Shown here: in pieces, positions 16,155-28,088 of the stretch | Position numbering within the stretch: the stretch's first letter is position 1 | How the letters are laid out: every line of letters begins with the position of its first letter | Source: an uncultured Bacteroidales bacterium | Lineage (GTDB): Bacteria > Bacteroidota > Bacteroidia > Bacteroidales > UBA10428 | Assembly: GCA_963790105.1 (NCBI GenBank) | Contig: CAWBNI010000015.1 | Span: 1,434 to 65,433 of the forward strand | Direction: 5' to 3' | DNA length: 64,000 nucleotides | The notes under the pieces: model-generated | Databases searched by the model: none | What the model was told of the DNA's origin: nothing | What the model saw: only the letters and a program-made list of their open reading frames with translations | Made by a program: the position numbers and the translations under genes

Positions 16155-16280
16155 TCTCGGATCTCGCAGATTTCGCAGAATGGAGGATTTGATTGCTGAA
16201 CGGTTAACCGAATGAAATGAGGTTCCTCTGCGATCCTCCCTTAGCGTACTTTGCGAAAACCTTCGGGCTTTGTCGTTAAA
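16155..16280. repeat. Short-period intergenic repeat related to 5340-5630
   Basis: ctcggatctcgcagatttcgcaga ... ctctgcga ... cttagcgtactttgcgaaaacctt, between convergent genes. Confidence 0.5.
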
Positions 16281-16309
16281 TTTTAAAGCTCATCCCGGGC
16301 TAACAAACT

Positions 16310-17377
16310 TTATAGAAAGTGAATATCCAGTTTATCCAGAAACCGTTCATCCCTCATACCAGTCCGGTTGAACATCACTACACTTCCAACCCCGGGATCG
16401 GGATAAATCCTGATTTCACAGTAAAAACCACCGCCTCCACCCGCGTGAGTATAATATTGTATACCATTCAGTTTCCCGGTGAACCAGGATAAACACATCC
16501 CTGTCGGCTTATTTCTGTTGGTGATGTTTTCAGTGAACATCCTCTTTTTATGCTCATCGGATATCAGTCATGCTTCCAGGCCGCAGAAGTTCCTGGATGT
16601 ATTTTGCAAGAGCACCGGCTGTGCCAATTAAACCTCCGTATGAAGGACCATTAACATAATTATCCCTGAATGGTTTCCACTTACCTTCCGGGGCATCCAT
16701 AAATTTTGATTTATCAATAAGCATACCCAGCACCGCATTTGAAAGGCTGAAATATTTGTGATATCCTTTGGCGATGCTGACAAAGTACAATTTCAAAATC
16801 CAGTTCATTTTTCCGGAGATTATGGGTCTTAATCACATTTTCAAGCAATGTAATTTTCATAACTCACTCCGGTAATGCCTTCAATCATTTGTCCCAGTAA
16901 TACATACCCCAGGTTGGAATAAGCAAATTTTTCATTGGGTCACGGAGCTTACCTTATTATTATCTTTTATAAATAGCTGCTGAAGTATTCGTTCCGGTCA
17001 AATGACGAAATGTTCTTCTGCCAGGTGTATCCATCGCAGGGGAATTGGATTGGGAATACCGGCAGAATGTGACATTACCTGTTCAACTGTAATTTCAGGC
17101 GGATAAGGAAATTGAGGCAGGTAGCTAATGATGGGCAGGCTTATATCTAGCGTATTGCTGACCGGCCAACTGCAGGATGGCCAGTGACCGTGAAGGTTTT
17201 TGTTACGGAAAAAGCATGATAAGCCGTTTTTTCCGAAGTTTTTATTCCACCCTTGATATCGGCAAATCCATCCCGGAATTGATGAATTATTTGATCTTTG
17301 TCGAAAAACAGGTATTGAACTGAAGGTGTCTTATTTTCCTCAATTTGCTCAGTCAAAACTGAATCAACATTTGTCAT
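16310..17377 (-). CDS. Serine hydrolase, beta-lactamase/PBP-like (class C / S12); multiple indels
   Basis: SxxK (FSVTK), YxN (FAYSNLGY), GPSYGGL, HAGGGGGF. Start overlaps the upstream stop by 4 bp. No obvious signal peptide. Confidence 0.85.
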
Positions 17378-19964
17378 AATTTTTCTGCTCTTTTTCTCAT
17401 TTCTTCTGTTTTCCTGGTCAGCATTTTAATTTGTGCCACGACTTCCGGATCATCACGGTATTTCACAAACCATGGTCCATGCTGCAATTGTGCATAATCA
17501 ATCCAGTTTGCGTCAATTGCTTTCTTTAGCCATTTGAGGGCCTCGTCACGCTGGCCTCTAATTGCATAGATTGCGGCAATATGGAACGGAGGATTTTTAT
17601 CCTGCGAACCATTTTTGATTTCATTGAGGTTGATTTCAAGCGCATGGGACAGATATACATCTGCCTCTACCTGCTTGCCTTCTTCGAGCAGGATCTGTCC
17701 CAGACCAATCGGGCTTACTGTATTAGGATCATCGATATATCCCTGGTTTTGTTCAATCGATTGTTGAAAATAGGATTGTGCACGCATTTTATCGCCGGCA
17801 AAATGGGAGATGAGACCTGCAATTTCATAGGCCCGTGAATCCGGATGGATTTTCTGCAACAGGGTATTCACCAGTTTCAGTGCATCCTGTTTCCTTCCCT
17901 GGCTAACATAACAATATGCAAGCAATTCATAGGTATCCCAGTATGAAGTGCTATTGAGCTCAAGCGATTTTTCAAGCCAGCTTACAGCATTCGGTAAATC
18001 ACCAAGCAGCTGATAGGTCCATCCGACAATCTGAAAAGGAATCGCATTCTTCGGATTTAAACCGGCCGCCTTTTTTTCCCATCTCAAAGCCTCCGGTAGA
18101 TCGCCAAGCAAGAAAATAGGAAGTTCCCAGGTTACCGATTGCCTGGGCATTGTTTGGATTGAGTTTAACTGCTTTTTTCAGCAGGATAAAGGCAGTGTCA
18201 TATCTGCCTGCATAGTTATATGCATTTGCGAGCGCCTTATAACCCTCCGATATTGTTGAATCGAGCTGGATGGCCTTTTTCGAAGCCATGATGCTGGAAT
18301 CAATCCAGGATATCTCCCTGCCAAACCGGTTATGCATCTGGCTGTATGCGTCTCCCAGTCCCGCCCATGCCAGAGCATATCCGGGGTCAAGGGCAATGGC
18401 CATTTTGAATTGCTCGATTGCCTGGTCATTGCTTTTGCTTTGGTAAAGATAATACAGCGTTCGCCCTTTGAGGTAATAATCATAGGAGGTAGGATTCTTT
18501 GTAGGCAACCGGTCAAGTTTTTCCTTTTCAAGCTGGTTGATCCGGATATTCAAAACTGCAGGCAATGCTTCGTGCAATTTCACTTTGCACAGACATAAGG
18601 TCGCGGCTGTTTCGCTGAAACGTCTCACCCCAAAGGAATTTATTGGTAGAACATTCGATCAGCCTGGCCGAGATCTTGATAATATCACCGGAACGTCGGA
18701 CACTTCCGGTGAGAATATTGGCAACATTCAGCTCGCTGGCAATCTTTTTATAGGACAGGTCGTCTCCGCGATATTCCTGGATCGACTGGCGGTTGATCAC
18801 ATGCAGGTCGCCGAGAATGGACAAATGTTCAATGATCTCATCCGTTAATCCATCTGCAAAGTATTCATCGCTCTGGTCCTCGCTGCGATTATCAAAAGGA
18901 AGAACAGCAATAGATTCTTTTGAGATTTGAACCGCCGGAAGAATTATTTCGTGAAAAATAAAAATAGACGAATTGTGAAACAACCAGAAGGCAGAGCAAA
19001 AAGATTGTCATGTTTCCGGTAAACGGTTTTTTGCGCCCCGGCCTGTATGGATTTTTAGTGGATTGGGACGAAGTGGTAAGGATGAAACCCTTCGGACTGG
19101 CTTCGAAAAACCAGGCGAGTACTAGGGCGACGGAAAACCGCATAGCAGGAACCAATCCAGGAAACCGGATATTTTATTCAGAAAGACCAACGCGGTTTGA
19201 CAGGATGATGGCCATCTGGCGCAAGGACAAGTGCAACAACGAGGTATGCAAATCCGGCCCTGAACACGTTCCGGCGCTTCAGTTCAGACCAGATCCTGCC
19301 TGATCCCTGAATCTCGAACGCAGGGCAGGTTCAGCACTGACGATCAGGGTCAGTAAGTACTTCATTTCTGTTCTGCAACGCATCCAGGATCTGATCAATC
19401 GCATTGGCGGTTTTATTGATCTGATCACGGTACACGGTTTTATTTATATTTTCAGACCGGACTGTCAGAAGGAGCGAGCGGCCGGTTTACACCCGGCGAT
19501 TTAAAAATAAACGGGATTGCCCTAGCGGCCCGCCATTTTCCTTTTCAAAAAGACGAAGATCGCCCTGGCTGAGCTCATGGATCTGTATGGGCAATATCCG
19601 GCTGGTCACATTCCGGTCGGCAAGCCGTACATCGATGCCAAAGTCATCGCCCCTGGCAAAATCACGAAATGCGAGGAATTCATGCTGCCATGCAAAACTT
19701 TTTACATCACAATAGGTCTGGGAAATGATGGGTATGAAGATGAGGCACTTCAGTTTCCCTTCCAGGCTCTTATTTACATTGTGGGTCTCAAGCAGGCCAT
19801 CCTGAGGATTGCTGATCGAAATAAACCGAAACGGTTTCCTTGATGGTACCCCTCAACTCCTTCTCAAGGTTTTTTACAAAATCGGAAACCCAGCCATCAA
19901 GATTATCATTGTGGCGGTAGCTGATGAAAATGTCGTATTCATAAGCCGGTATCAGGCTTGCCAT
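17374..19964 (-). CDS. TIR-domain / 3TM / TolB-like / TPR membrane protein; multiple indels
   Basis: Manual translation from ATG 19964 gives MASLIPAYEYDIFISYRHNDNLDGWVSDF...LIFIPIISQTYCDVKSFAWQHEF (TIR). Then ELKRRNVFRAGFAYL and ALVLAWFFE TM block, SIAVLPFDN..DEYFADGLTDEII (TolB-like) and TPRs (AIALDPGYALAWAGLG). Confidence 0.85.
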
Positions 19965-20031
19965 AGTGAAAATATCAGTTTACCCGAATAATATGGATCA
20001 TTAACATTCTGTAAATGTTTTTGTTCTCGGA

Positions 20032-21262
20032 TTACCGCGATGGAATCTGATAAACCGTTCCATTGCAATCGACTGTGCCATTGCTTGCAGGTGCTGCCTC
20101 TTCTCGCATGGATAATTCCGGCAACGAGTGCACAGGCCATGGACGTTCCCGACATAACCTGGTATTGACGGCCAGGCCAGGTGGAAATTATTGCAGAACC
20201 AGGGGCGGCCCAGTCAACTGCAGGTTTTCCGTAATTGGAATAGGATGCACATCCGGTAATACCGGTCGAACAATCAAAATCCAGGGCTGCTACAGTAAAA
20301 ACATTAGGGCCGTTGATGCATCCGGGCAGATTGAGATTGGCGTCTCCCTGGTCATTCCCGGCCGACATAACAATAAACATTCCGCTGTTTGCAAGTTCCT
20401 GGATGGCTGAAAACAAGGAAGGATTTGATCTCTCACACGAAGAAACATCATACCCACCCAGGCTCATCATGACCACATCGCCTGGCCTGCCCGTATTTTG
20501 CAATATGATCAAGTCCCTTGAGAATATTTGACCAGGAACCAACGCCATTCCTGTCAAGCACTTTAACCGGAATTACCTCCGCCCCGGAAGAAACACCGTT
20601 ACATGCCAATTTTGCCGACTCCCTTTCCGGCGGCAATTCCGGCACAATGCGTTCCATGACCTGCGTAATCATCGGTTGCGACTTTCACCGGGTATAAATG
20701 AAACGGGAATATTGCCCCTGGAGTTTACTTTTAGATCGGGATGATTTTTATCGATGCCGGAATCCATGATCCAGATCGACTTCTTTACGGTTGTCACTGT
20801 TTACGGATCCGCCAACCAGGTTGACAGCACAGCTTGATTTGGTTGTTTCGTTATAATTCCATGATTGCTGGATGGGACTTCCCTGCTGGATGGGTATTCC
20901 TTGCTGGATTGGAATTCCCTGCATTTCGAAATCCTCGTAAACACCTTCCACATTCGGATCTTGGCCAGTTCACCTACCTGATCCTCGGTGAGATCGGCCT
21001 CAAATCCAACCTTGGCGTCGGCAAATTTATAGGATCGGAGAAATTCGTTTTGATTTTGGCAAAACCATCAACCTTCTGGATAATTTCCTGTCTCGTTCTG
21101 GCTTGTTTCCATTATTTTGCTGCTCTCTGTCAGCATTATCCACCCGGTTTCGAATTACCGGAGCTTCAAACCCCTCTTTCATGATTACTACATAATGCTT
21201 CTGAGCGGACAGGCCGTAAGAGTTTAGCCAATACTAAAAAGAGAATAAATAATCTTCTTCAT
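20032..21262 (-). CDS. Secreted subtilisin-like S8 protease with I9-type propeptide; multiple indels
   Basis: Triad motifs WIMDSGID, GHGTHCAG and MSGTSMA; oxyanion SAGN; signal peptide from ATG 21262; propeptide YVVIMKEG...VEGVYEDFEM. Confidence 0.9.
20865..20918 (-). repeat. 3 x 18-bp in-frame repeat encoding GIPIQQ-GIPIQQ-GSPIQQ
   Basis: gga att cca atc cag caa / gga ata ccc atc cag cag / gga agt ccc atc cag caa. Confidence 0.95.
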
Positions 21263-21415
21263 GGAGCGCTAAGTATTGAAGGTAAAACAACCTGATAATC
21301 TGCCTTATTGTAACAGACACATTACCTTAACAATGAAGTTAATTTTTTGTTAAACCCAACTGGTAAATAGTATTGCATTACTGCTCCATAAAGGCAGTTA
21401 GCCGGTTAATGATTA

Positions 21416-23842
21416 TCAGTTTGCTATAACAACATATTTCCCGGCAGCCATTTCAAATTCGCCCCGGACAATGTTTACCTCAATTATTTTGTTTTTTGCA
21501 AGGTCCAATACAACACATTTTGCTTTTTGATACGCCTCAGGGATAATTATTTTTGCCCGGGCATTTTCAGGAATTGTAAAATTAAGGGCAAAAGATTTCC
21601 CTTTTATTCCCCATTCTGATGAAATCGTTCCTTTTATAGAGTTATAGGAACATTTAACCCACTTTATGTTGCCCACAGGTTTTGGCGCTATAATAATATG
21701 GTCATATGCAACTGAATTTTCAGCCTGGTAAATTCCTCCCAGACCGCTATAGAACCATTCCATAAGATGGCCCAGCATCATATGATCGTTCGATGAGGTA
21801 GGAAGTGCAGCCCAACTTTCGGTTAAAGCGGTAGCACCCTTTTTTAACTGGTATCCGTAACCAGGCACATCGCTTCTGTTGTTCATTTTGTAGAGTATAT
21901 CCGATCTTCCGTTTTCACTTAATACCCTTACAAGAAAGTGATAGCCAATGTCACCTGAAGTCAGTGCATAATTGTTCTTTATAATTGAGTTTACCAGGTT
22001 GTCAAAAACTTTCTTTTTATCCTTGTCCGGAATTAATCCGGTATAAAGCGACATGGCATAAGCGGTCTGGCTTCCGGTAGAACAAATCCCGGTGTTTTCA
22101 TCGTAAAATTCAGTAAGATATGCTTGCTTTACCATTTCGGATTGATCATTATAATTTTTATAATCGTTGTCAAATCCGAGTATTTTAGACATTTCTGAGA
22201 TGAGCTTTAAATCATAAAAATAAATGGCTGTGGCAGTAACTGCTTTTGGAGTCAATTGGGCTTCCCCGGGATATTTTGGACCCAGGTCATACCAGTCACC
22301 CAGTCCATAGTCAATTATATGATCAATTGATTTGCCCTGCAGATAATCCACATATCGCTTCATCATGGGGTAGGCGCGCTTTATTGCATCCATATCCCCA
22401 TACCATTTATATAAAAGCCAGGGAATTATGACCGCGGCACTTCCCCACTCGGGAGAATCGCGAAAACCACCTTCAAAATGAACATATTCAGGGGCAATGT
22501 CCGGTATTAACCCGTTATCGAGCTGAGAATCCATCATATCATCCAGAATCTTATTATATAAAGAATGGATATCAAAATTGTAATGCATGGATGACCCGAT
22601 AAGATAGGTCTGCTCAAGCCAGCCCAGCTTTTCCCGATGCGGGCAATCGGTTGCTACACTGGCCATATTGCTTTTGATACCCCAGTTGATCAGTTCAAAA
22701 ATCCGGTTGAAAAGTGTATCGGAGCAGCTGAAGGATCCCACTGTGGGAGAAGAATTTCGGGTGTGAAGCATTGTAACGTCCAGGATCTCTGTTTTTTTTG
22801 TCGCTCCCTCAGGTTCAATAATTTCAACATCGGCATATCGAAATCCGTAATAGCTGAATGCCGGCTTCCATTCCTCCTCGTCACCTCCCTTAAGGATATA
22901 ATTAAATTCGTAAGGACCACCGCCACTCACCTGGGTTATGTTTCCCTGGTCATTGATCAGTTCATCCGGCCTTATTCTGATTTGAGCACCCCTGTTTCCT
23001 TTTACTTTTAATGCAATTATTCCGGAAGTGTTCTGCCCGAAATCATAAATTATCCTTCCGGTCCGCGAATGAGAGATATTCTTTACAGGGAATTTCTGCA
23101 TCACTTTAACCGGAAAATCCTCCTCAGGTGCAAGTTTGCCGATGGAATCATGAATAATAACCGGGGCCTTCCATTTTGAATCGTCAAATCCCGGAGCTGG
23201 CCCATCCATTTTGCTCCAGCCTGGCATCATAGTCTTCACCCCCGTATATACTGCTGAATGTAATGGGCGAAGCACTTGTTTTACAATTTTCATCCGATTG
23301 AATGGTCTTTAAAGAACCATCTTTCATTTTAAGGACAATATTAAATATCAGCCTTGGATAGCCATAGGCTACCACCATCTTTCGATAACGTTCCCTGTTA
23401 ATATTAAAAAAGCCATTGCCAACAATAACACCAATCACATTATCACCTTTTTTAACAAACCGGGTTATATCGTATGTATTATAAAAGCAGCGTTTCTGAT
23501 AATAGGTCCAGCCCGGTGACAAAAAACGATCGCTGATTTTTTCGCCGTTTATATACAGTTCATATTGCCCCAGCCCGCAAATATTGATTGAAGCGCTGTC
23601 AATATCTCCCTTTGCATTGAACTCTTTGCGAAACAGGGGTACCACTGAACGCTTTACACATTTGTCACCCAGACCATCGCCTGGCACCATGAATTGCAGG
23701 CACCACCTTCAGGGTGTCTGCCAATTGTTCGAATGCAATCCATTGTGCACCGCCAAAGATTTCAACCTTACCGGATTTGTTTTTTCTGGGTACAGCCAGT
23801 AAAAGGATAGCTGCAAGAAATAAAATAAAAACTTCTGACCAT
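21416..23842 (-). CDS. Alpha-L-rhamnosidase (GH78); indels in the 5' part
   Basis: LFRKEF, GLGQYELYING, GGEDYDAR, DFGQN, YYGFRY, TDCPHREKLGW, GLGDW, GATALTESW, SNDHMMLG. Confidence 0.92.
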
Positions 23843-24112
23843 GAATTGTCTCAGTTTATTAGAATTTAGGATTATAATAAGATTGGCCAAAGGAAACAAT
23901 CTAAGGATGCTTTAAATCTAAATGTAATTTATTTTTTTGTCAAATGAGGACTGAAGAATAGCTTTATAAGCAATTCAGTATATATTTCGAATTATATGAT
24001 TAAATTTCATGCTGTGATAATACCCTTAAAGCAAACTATATAAACCGGCGACTATCCTGTATTTAATTCATCCTAACTAAAAATTTTAGTCACGATCTAT
24101 TTAAAAACTTTT

Positions 24113-26075
24113 TTGAGGCTTGGATTGATTATTTTTAGTATCCTTATTCCATCAGCAATTTTCGCCCAGCCGGAAGTGATGGCCTGGGGGAATATTACCG
24201 GCATCAGGATAGACGGGCAGCTAATGGAATTTGAATCAAGCCTGAGGGTGGTGGAAAAAGGCTGGCATGAATTATTCCGCTACAGGCAAAGAAAAACAGC
24301 AGCCGAAATACGACCGTGACGGATTGAAACAGATGGTTATCAACCGGCATGAATGGAATACGGTTCTCAGAAGTAGTGGAGGAAACCGGAAACGGGGCTT
24401 GCATCGGTGACCTTAAAAGTAACATCGGGAGCAGATACAATTGTCGAGGGCGTTTTCTTTTGCATTGAATTGCCCGGAAAATATTATTCCGATTCAAAAA
24501 TAAAGTTTATCAAGGGATCTCCTGCAGGCAGGTCAAGGGTAAATATATCGGAAATTTCTGCAGAAAATACAGTTGAAACCTTTCAAGGTGAAAGCGGATG
24601 GAATGATTATTACTTCTGTGCAAAGACAGCTTGAGACTTCATTTTGACGCTGACATGACTGTCTTTGTAAGAAAAGAGGCCGGCAATTCCGGGAGTGATC
24701 ATTTATTTAGGTTTGATGGGTCCTGAAATCAAAAAAGGACAGGAAGTACAAAGATCGATTACAATAAAGGCCACAGGGAGAAATTGACAGGTCGCCAGGC
24801 CGAAATTGTCCTGGATCCTTTGCAACCCGGGAGAAAATTTGAAGGTCTGGGCGGAAATTTCAGGCTTCAGAATCCAAAAACCGATCCGCCGGTAATCAGC
24901 TATTGCCTTGACAATTTACGCGTTGCCTGGGGAAGGGTTGAAATGCCCTGGAATTTCTGGCATCCCGTTGAAAACAACAGTCCGATTGAAGCGGCCCTTT
25001 CAGGACACCTGGATCCGCGTGTTCGTTCCGCCATGGAAATGGCCAGAAGATTGGACAGCATAGGTATGCCCATCATAGTAAGTGATTGGTCCGCTCCCAA
25101 CTGGGCAATTCTTGGCGATCCCCGGGATGCATATCGTTACCGGTCGAAAGGTATTTACGGCTATCCGCTGAATCCGGCAAAAATGGAAAGGATCTACCAG
25201 TCCATCGGTGATTATCTTGTTTTCCTAAAACAACATTATGGCGTTGAGGTGAAAGCCTTTTCTTTCAATGAATCGGACCTTGGCATCAACATAAGGCATA
25301 CCGGCAAGGAACATGCTGATTTTATCAAAGGGCTTGGTGCACATCTTGCTTCAAGGGGCCTGTCAACAAAGTTGCTGTTAGGTGATAATTCCGATGCTAC
25401 AACTTTTGACTTTATTGTACCGGCCATGAATGACCCGGAAACACATAAGTATATAGCTGCCATTTCTTTTCATTCATGGCGGGGCTGTACCGATGAAATT
25501 CTCCAAAAATGGGCAGGTGCGGCAAAGCAGATGAACCTGCCACTGATAGTAGCTGAAGGCAGCACGGATGCGGCTGCGTGGAATTACCCTGAAATATTTT
25601 CCGAAGCGATCTTTTGCCTTGTATGAAATTAACCTCTATATGAGGCTTTGTGCAATTTGTCAGCCTGTTTCCATTTTGCAATGGCAACTGACAGCTGACT
25701 ATTCATTGTTGACAGGAAATGGCATTTTTGGAACAGTTGGTCCCTTGCTGCCTACACAACGGTTTTGGAACCTGAAACAACTTGCATCTACCCCGGAGGG
25801 CTCATTCGCCATACCGGCTGCTTGTAATAAGGAGGATATAAACTGCGCGGCATTCGGAAACATATCCCGTGGAAAATACGCTGTCCATATGGTCAACAAC
25901 GGTGCGGAAAGAGAGGTTATGGTGAAAGGCATTCCTCCTGAGGTAAAATATTTTACAATCTATGTTACAGACAGGTTTCAGGGGCATGGAAAAGGCAGGT
26001 GAAGTGCAGGTAATCAATGGAAGTGCCGGATTCAAACTTGCACCTGCCGGTTTTACTTCACTCATAAGCCAATAA
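24113..26075 (+). CDS. Secreted clan GH-A glycoside hydrolase (GH30-like); indels
   Basis: Signal peptide (AIFA-QP), FEGLGGNF, FNESD (acid/base), SFHSW, IVAEG (nucleophile), C-terminal beta-sandwich. Confidence 0.6.
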
Positions 26076-26088
26076 TTATACCCGGTAT

Positions 26089-28088
26089 ATGATTACTCGT
26101 AACTTTAAATCAGCAGGCAGGCGATTTATTAATCTCCTCCGAAAGCCCCATATTGCTTTTTACGCGGCCGGAATTACCTCTGCAATATGGTTCCTTGTCC
26201 GCGTACTTCCAAAACCCTCACGCGCATCATACCCTTGCATGCGTGCGGCAGCGCCCATTATGTCCGGATTTGTGATATACCTGGTCGGACTCTGGGGTTC
26301 CGCATTTGCGTTGAAACATCTGAGGAAAAGTATTGCTTTGAACAGGTATTTTCATGGATTCAGTTTCCTCATCTTGCTCACGGTGTTTCTTGTAATCACT
26401 ACCACGGGAGATATAAAACCGTCACTGGCTTCCCCGGTATTGATCACGGATCCGCCCGATGGCCCCAACCAGCCTATGGGCGTAGCACAGGGCATTATGC
26501 CGGGCAGGGTCACCTGGGCCTATGACAGGGCTTCCACCGATTCACTTTGCACAAATGGCCCCGGCGATCGCTACTTTATGCCTGGAAATTATGATCAGCC
26601 GGTCATTGACAGTATGATCAGAAAATCAGTATTGAGTCTTACCGGGGCTTCAAACTTAAGCGGATGCCTGGGATAGTATTTTTACTTACCACAATATCAG
26701 GAAATCAAACCAAAGAATAAGTTATAGTCCCGGGAGAAACGATCTTTATCAAAATTAACCAGGGTACATGCCAGCTGGCTTTATATGAACGGAACAGCAT
26801 ATGAGGCACCCGATATACTTCCCCAGGGAGACTGGAAGAATGCCTATGCCGGTGCCTGTGAGGCATCTCCTCCGGTTGTACTGGCCATTCTCAGGCAACT
26901 GGTCAATGATTACGGTATTGAACAACAGGATATTCTCATTGGCGATCCGATATCCCATATTTACAAGCACAATTATGATGCCTGGCATGAAGAATTTCCG
27001 GATATTAAATTTATTGACCAGTCCGGGGATTTTGGAAGAACGATTATCCATCCGGGTGATACGGCATCAATCCGTTATTCCGATCTGGGTACAACCATGC
27101 CGGATGCATTATCGGATAAACTTTACAAAGAGATGGCGGAAGCAGCCTATATGATCAATATAGCCAATCTGAAGCCTCATCTTCGTGCCGGGGTTACACT
27201 TTGCGCAAAGAACCATTTTGGTTCTCACACCCGAAGCAGTGCCGCACACCTTCATCCTTCCCTGATTTGTCCCGAGGCCAACGGAGAACCCGCCAATGCA
27301 GGATATAAAAAATACAGGGTTCAGGTGGATTTAATGGGAAATAAATTCCTGGGAAGGAACACCATGCTGTTTGTCGTTGACGGATTGTGGGGCGGAGGTC
27401 CCGAAGAAACAAAGGCCCCGAGGAAATGGAATATGCCGCCATTCAACAATGACTGGACATCTTCTGTTTTTATGTCGCTCGACCAGGTGGCCCTGGAATC
27501 GGTATGCTTCGATTTCATCCGCACAGAATACGATGGTGTAAATCAGCCCGAAACAAATCCAAACTGGAGCGGGGTGGATGATTACCTTCACCAGGCTGCC
27601 GACAAGCTAGAACTGGCCGGATGGAATTACCTATGATCCTGAACAGGATGACATTGAATTGCCAAGCCTTGGCACACATGAACACTGGCAGAATGCCTCA
27701 ACCAAGGCCTATAGCAGGAATCTGCAATTCGGCAAAGGCATTGAATTGTACCGGGTTCCCGCCGTCGGTACCCAGATACCCACGGGAATTCCAGATCAAA
27801 AGTCCGCAAGCCGGGTTCCAAATCAGCAGTTTTCCCAATCCTTTTACCGGCAGCACAGAGATCAGGTATACGCTCAGGAATTCCTCGCAGGTTAAAATCT
27901 CTGTTTATGATATGAATGGCAGGTTAATCCGATGCCTTCCAATGGATATGAGACTGCCGGTGAAAAGCACATTCGGTGGAATGCTGAAAATGTTGCGCCG
28001 GGATATTATATGGGTTATTTCGAGATCTCTGATCAACAGGGACGAGTTCCTGAAAACTTTAAAAATGCAGGTAAAGAAACAATTATGA
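26089..28088 (+). CDS. DUF362-domain protein with hydrophobic N-terminus and T9SS CTD (paralogue 1); indels
   Basis: WFLVRVLPKPSRASYPC, PGRVTW, INIANLKPH..GVTLCAKNHFGS, DQVALES, DDYLHQAA; CTD FPNPF...ISVYDMNGRLI. Confidence 0.8.

Noticed and set aside
16310-17377. Beta-lactam resistance gene
   Set aside because: Family-level motifs only, no signal peptide, and HAG in place of KTG; more likely an esterase or peptidase.
19010-19991. Plus-strand ORFs 19010-19303, 19577-19843 and 19809-19991
   Set aside because: Antisense shadows of the minus-strand TIR/TM coding region.
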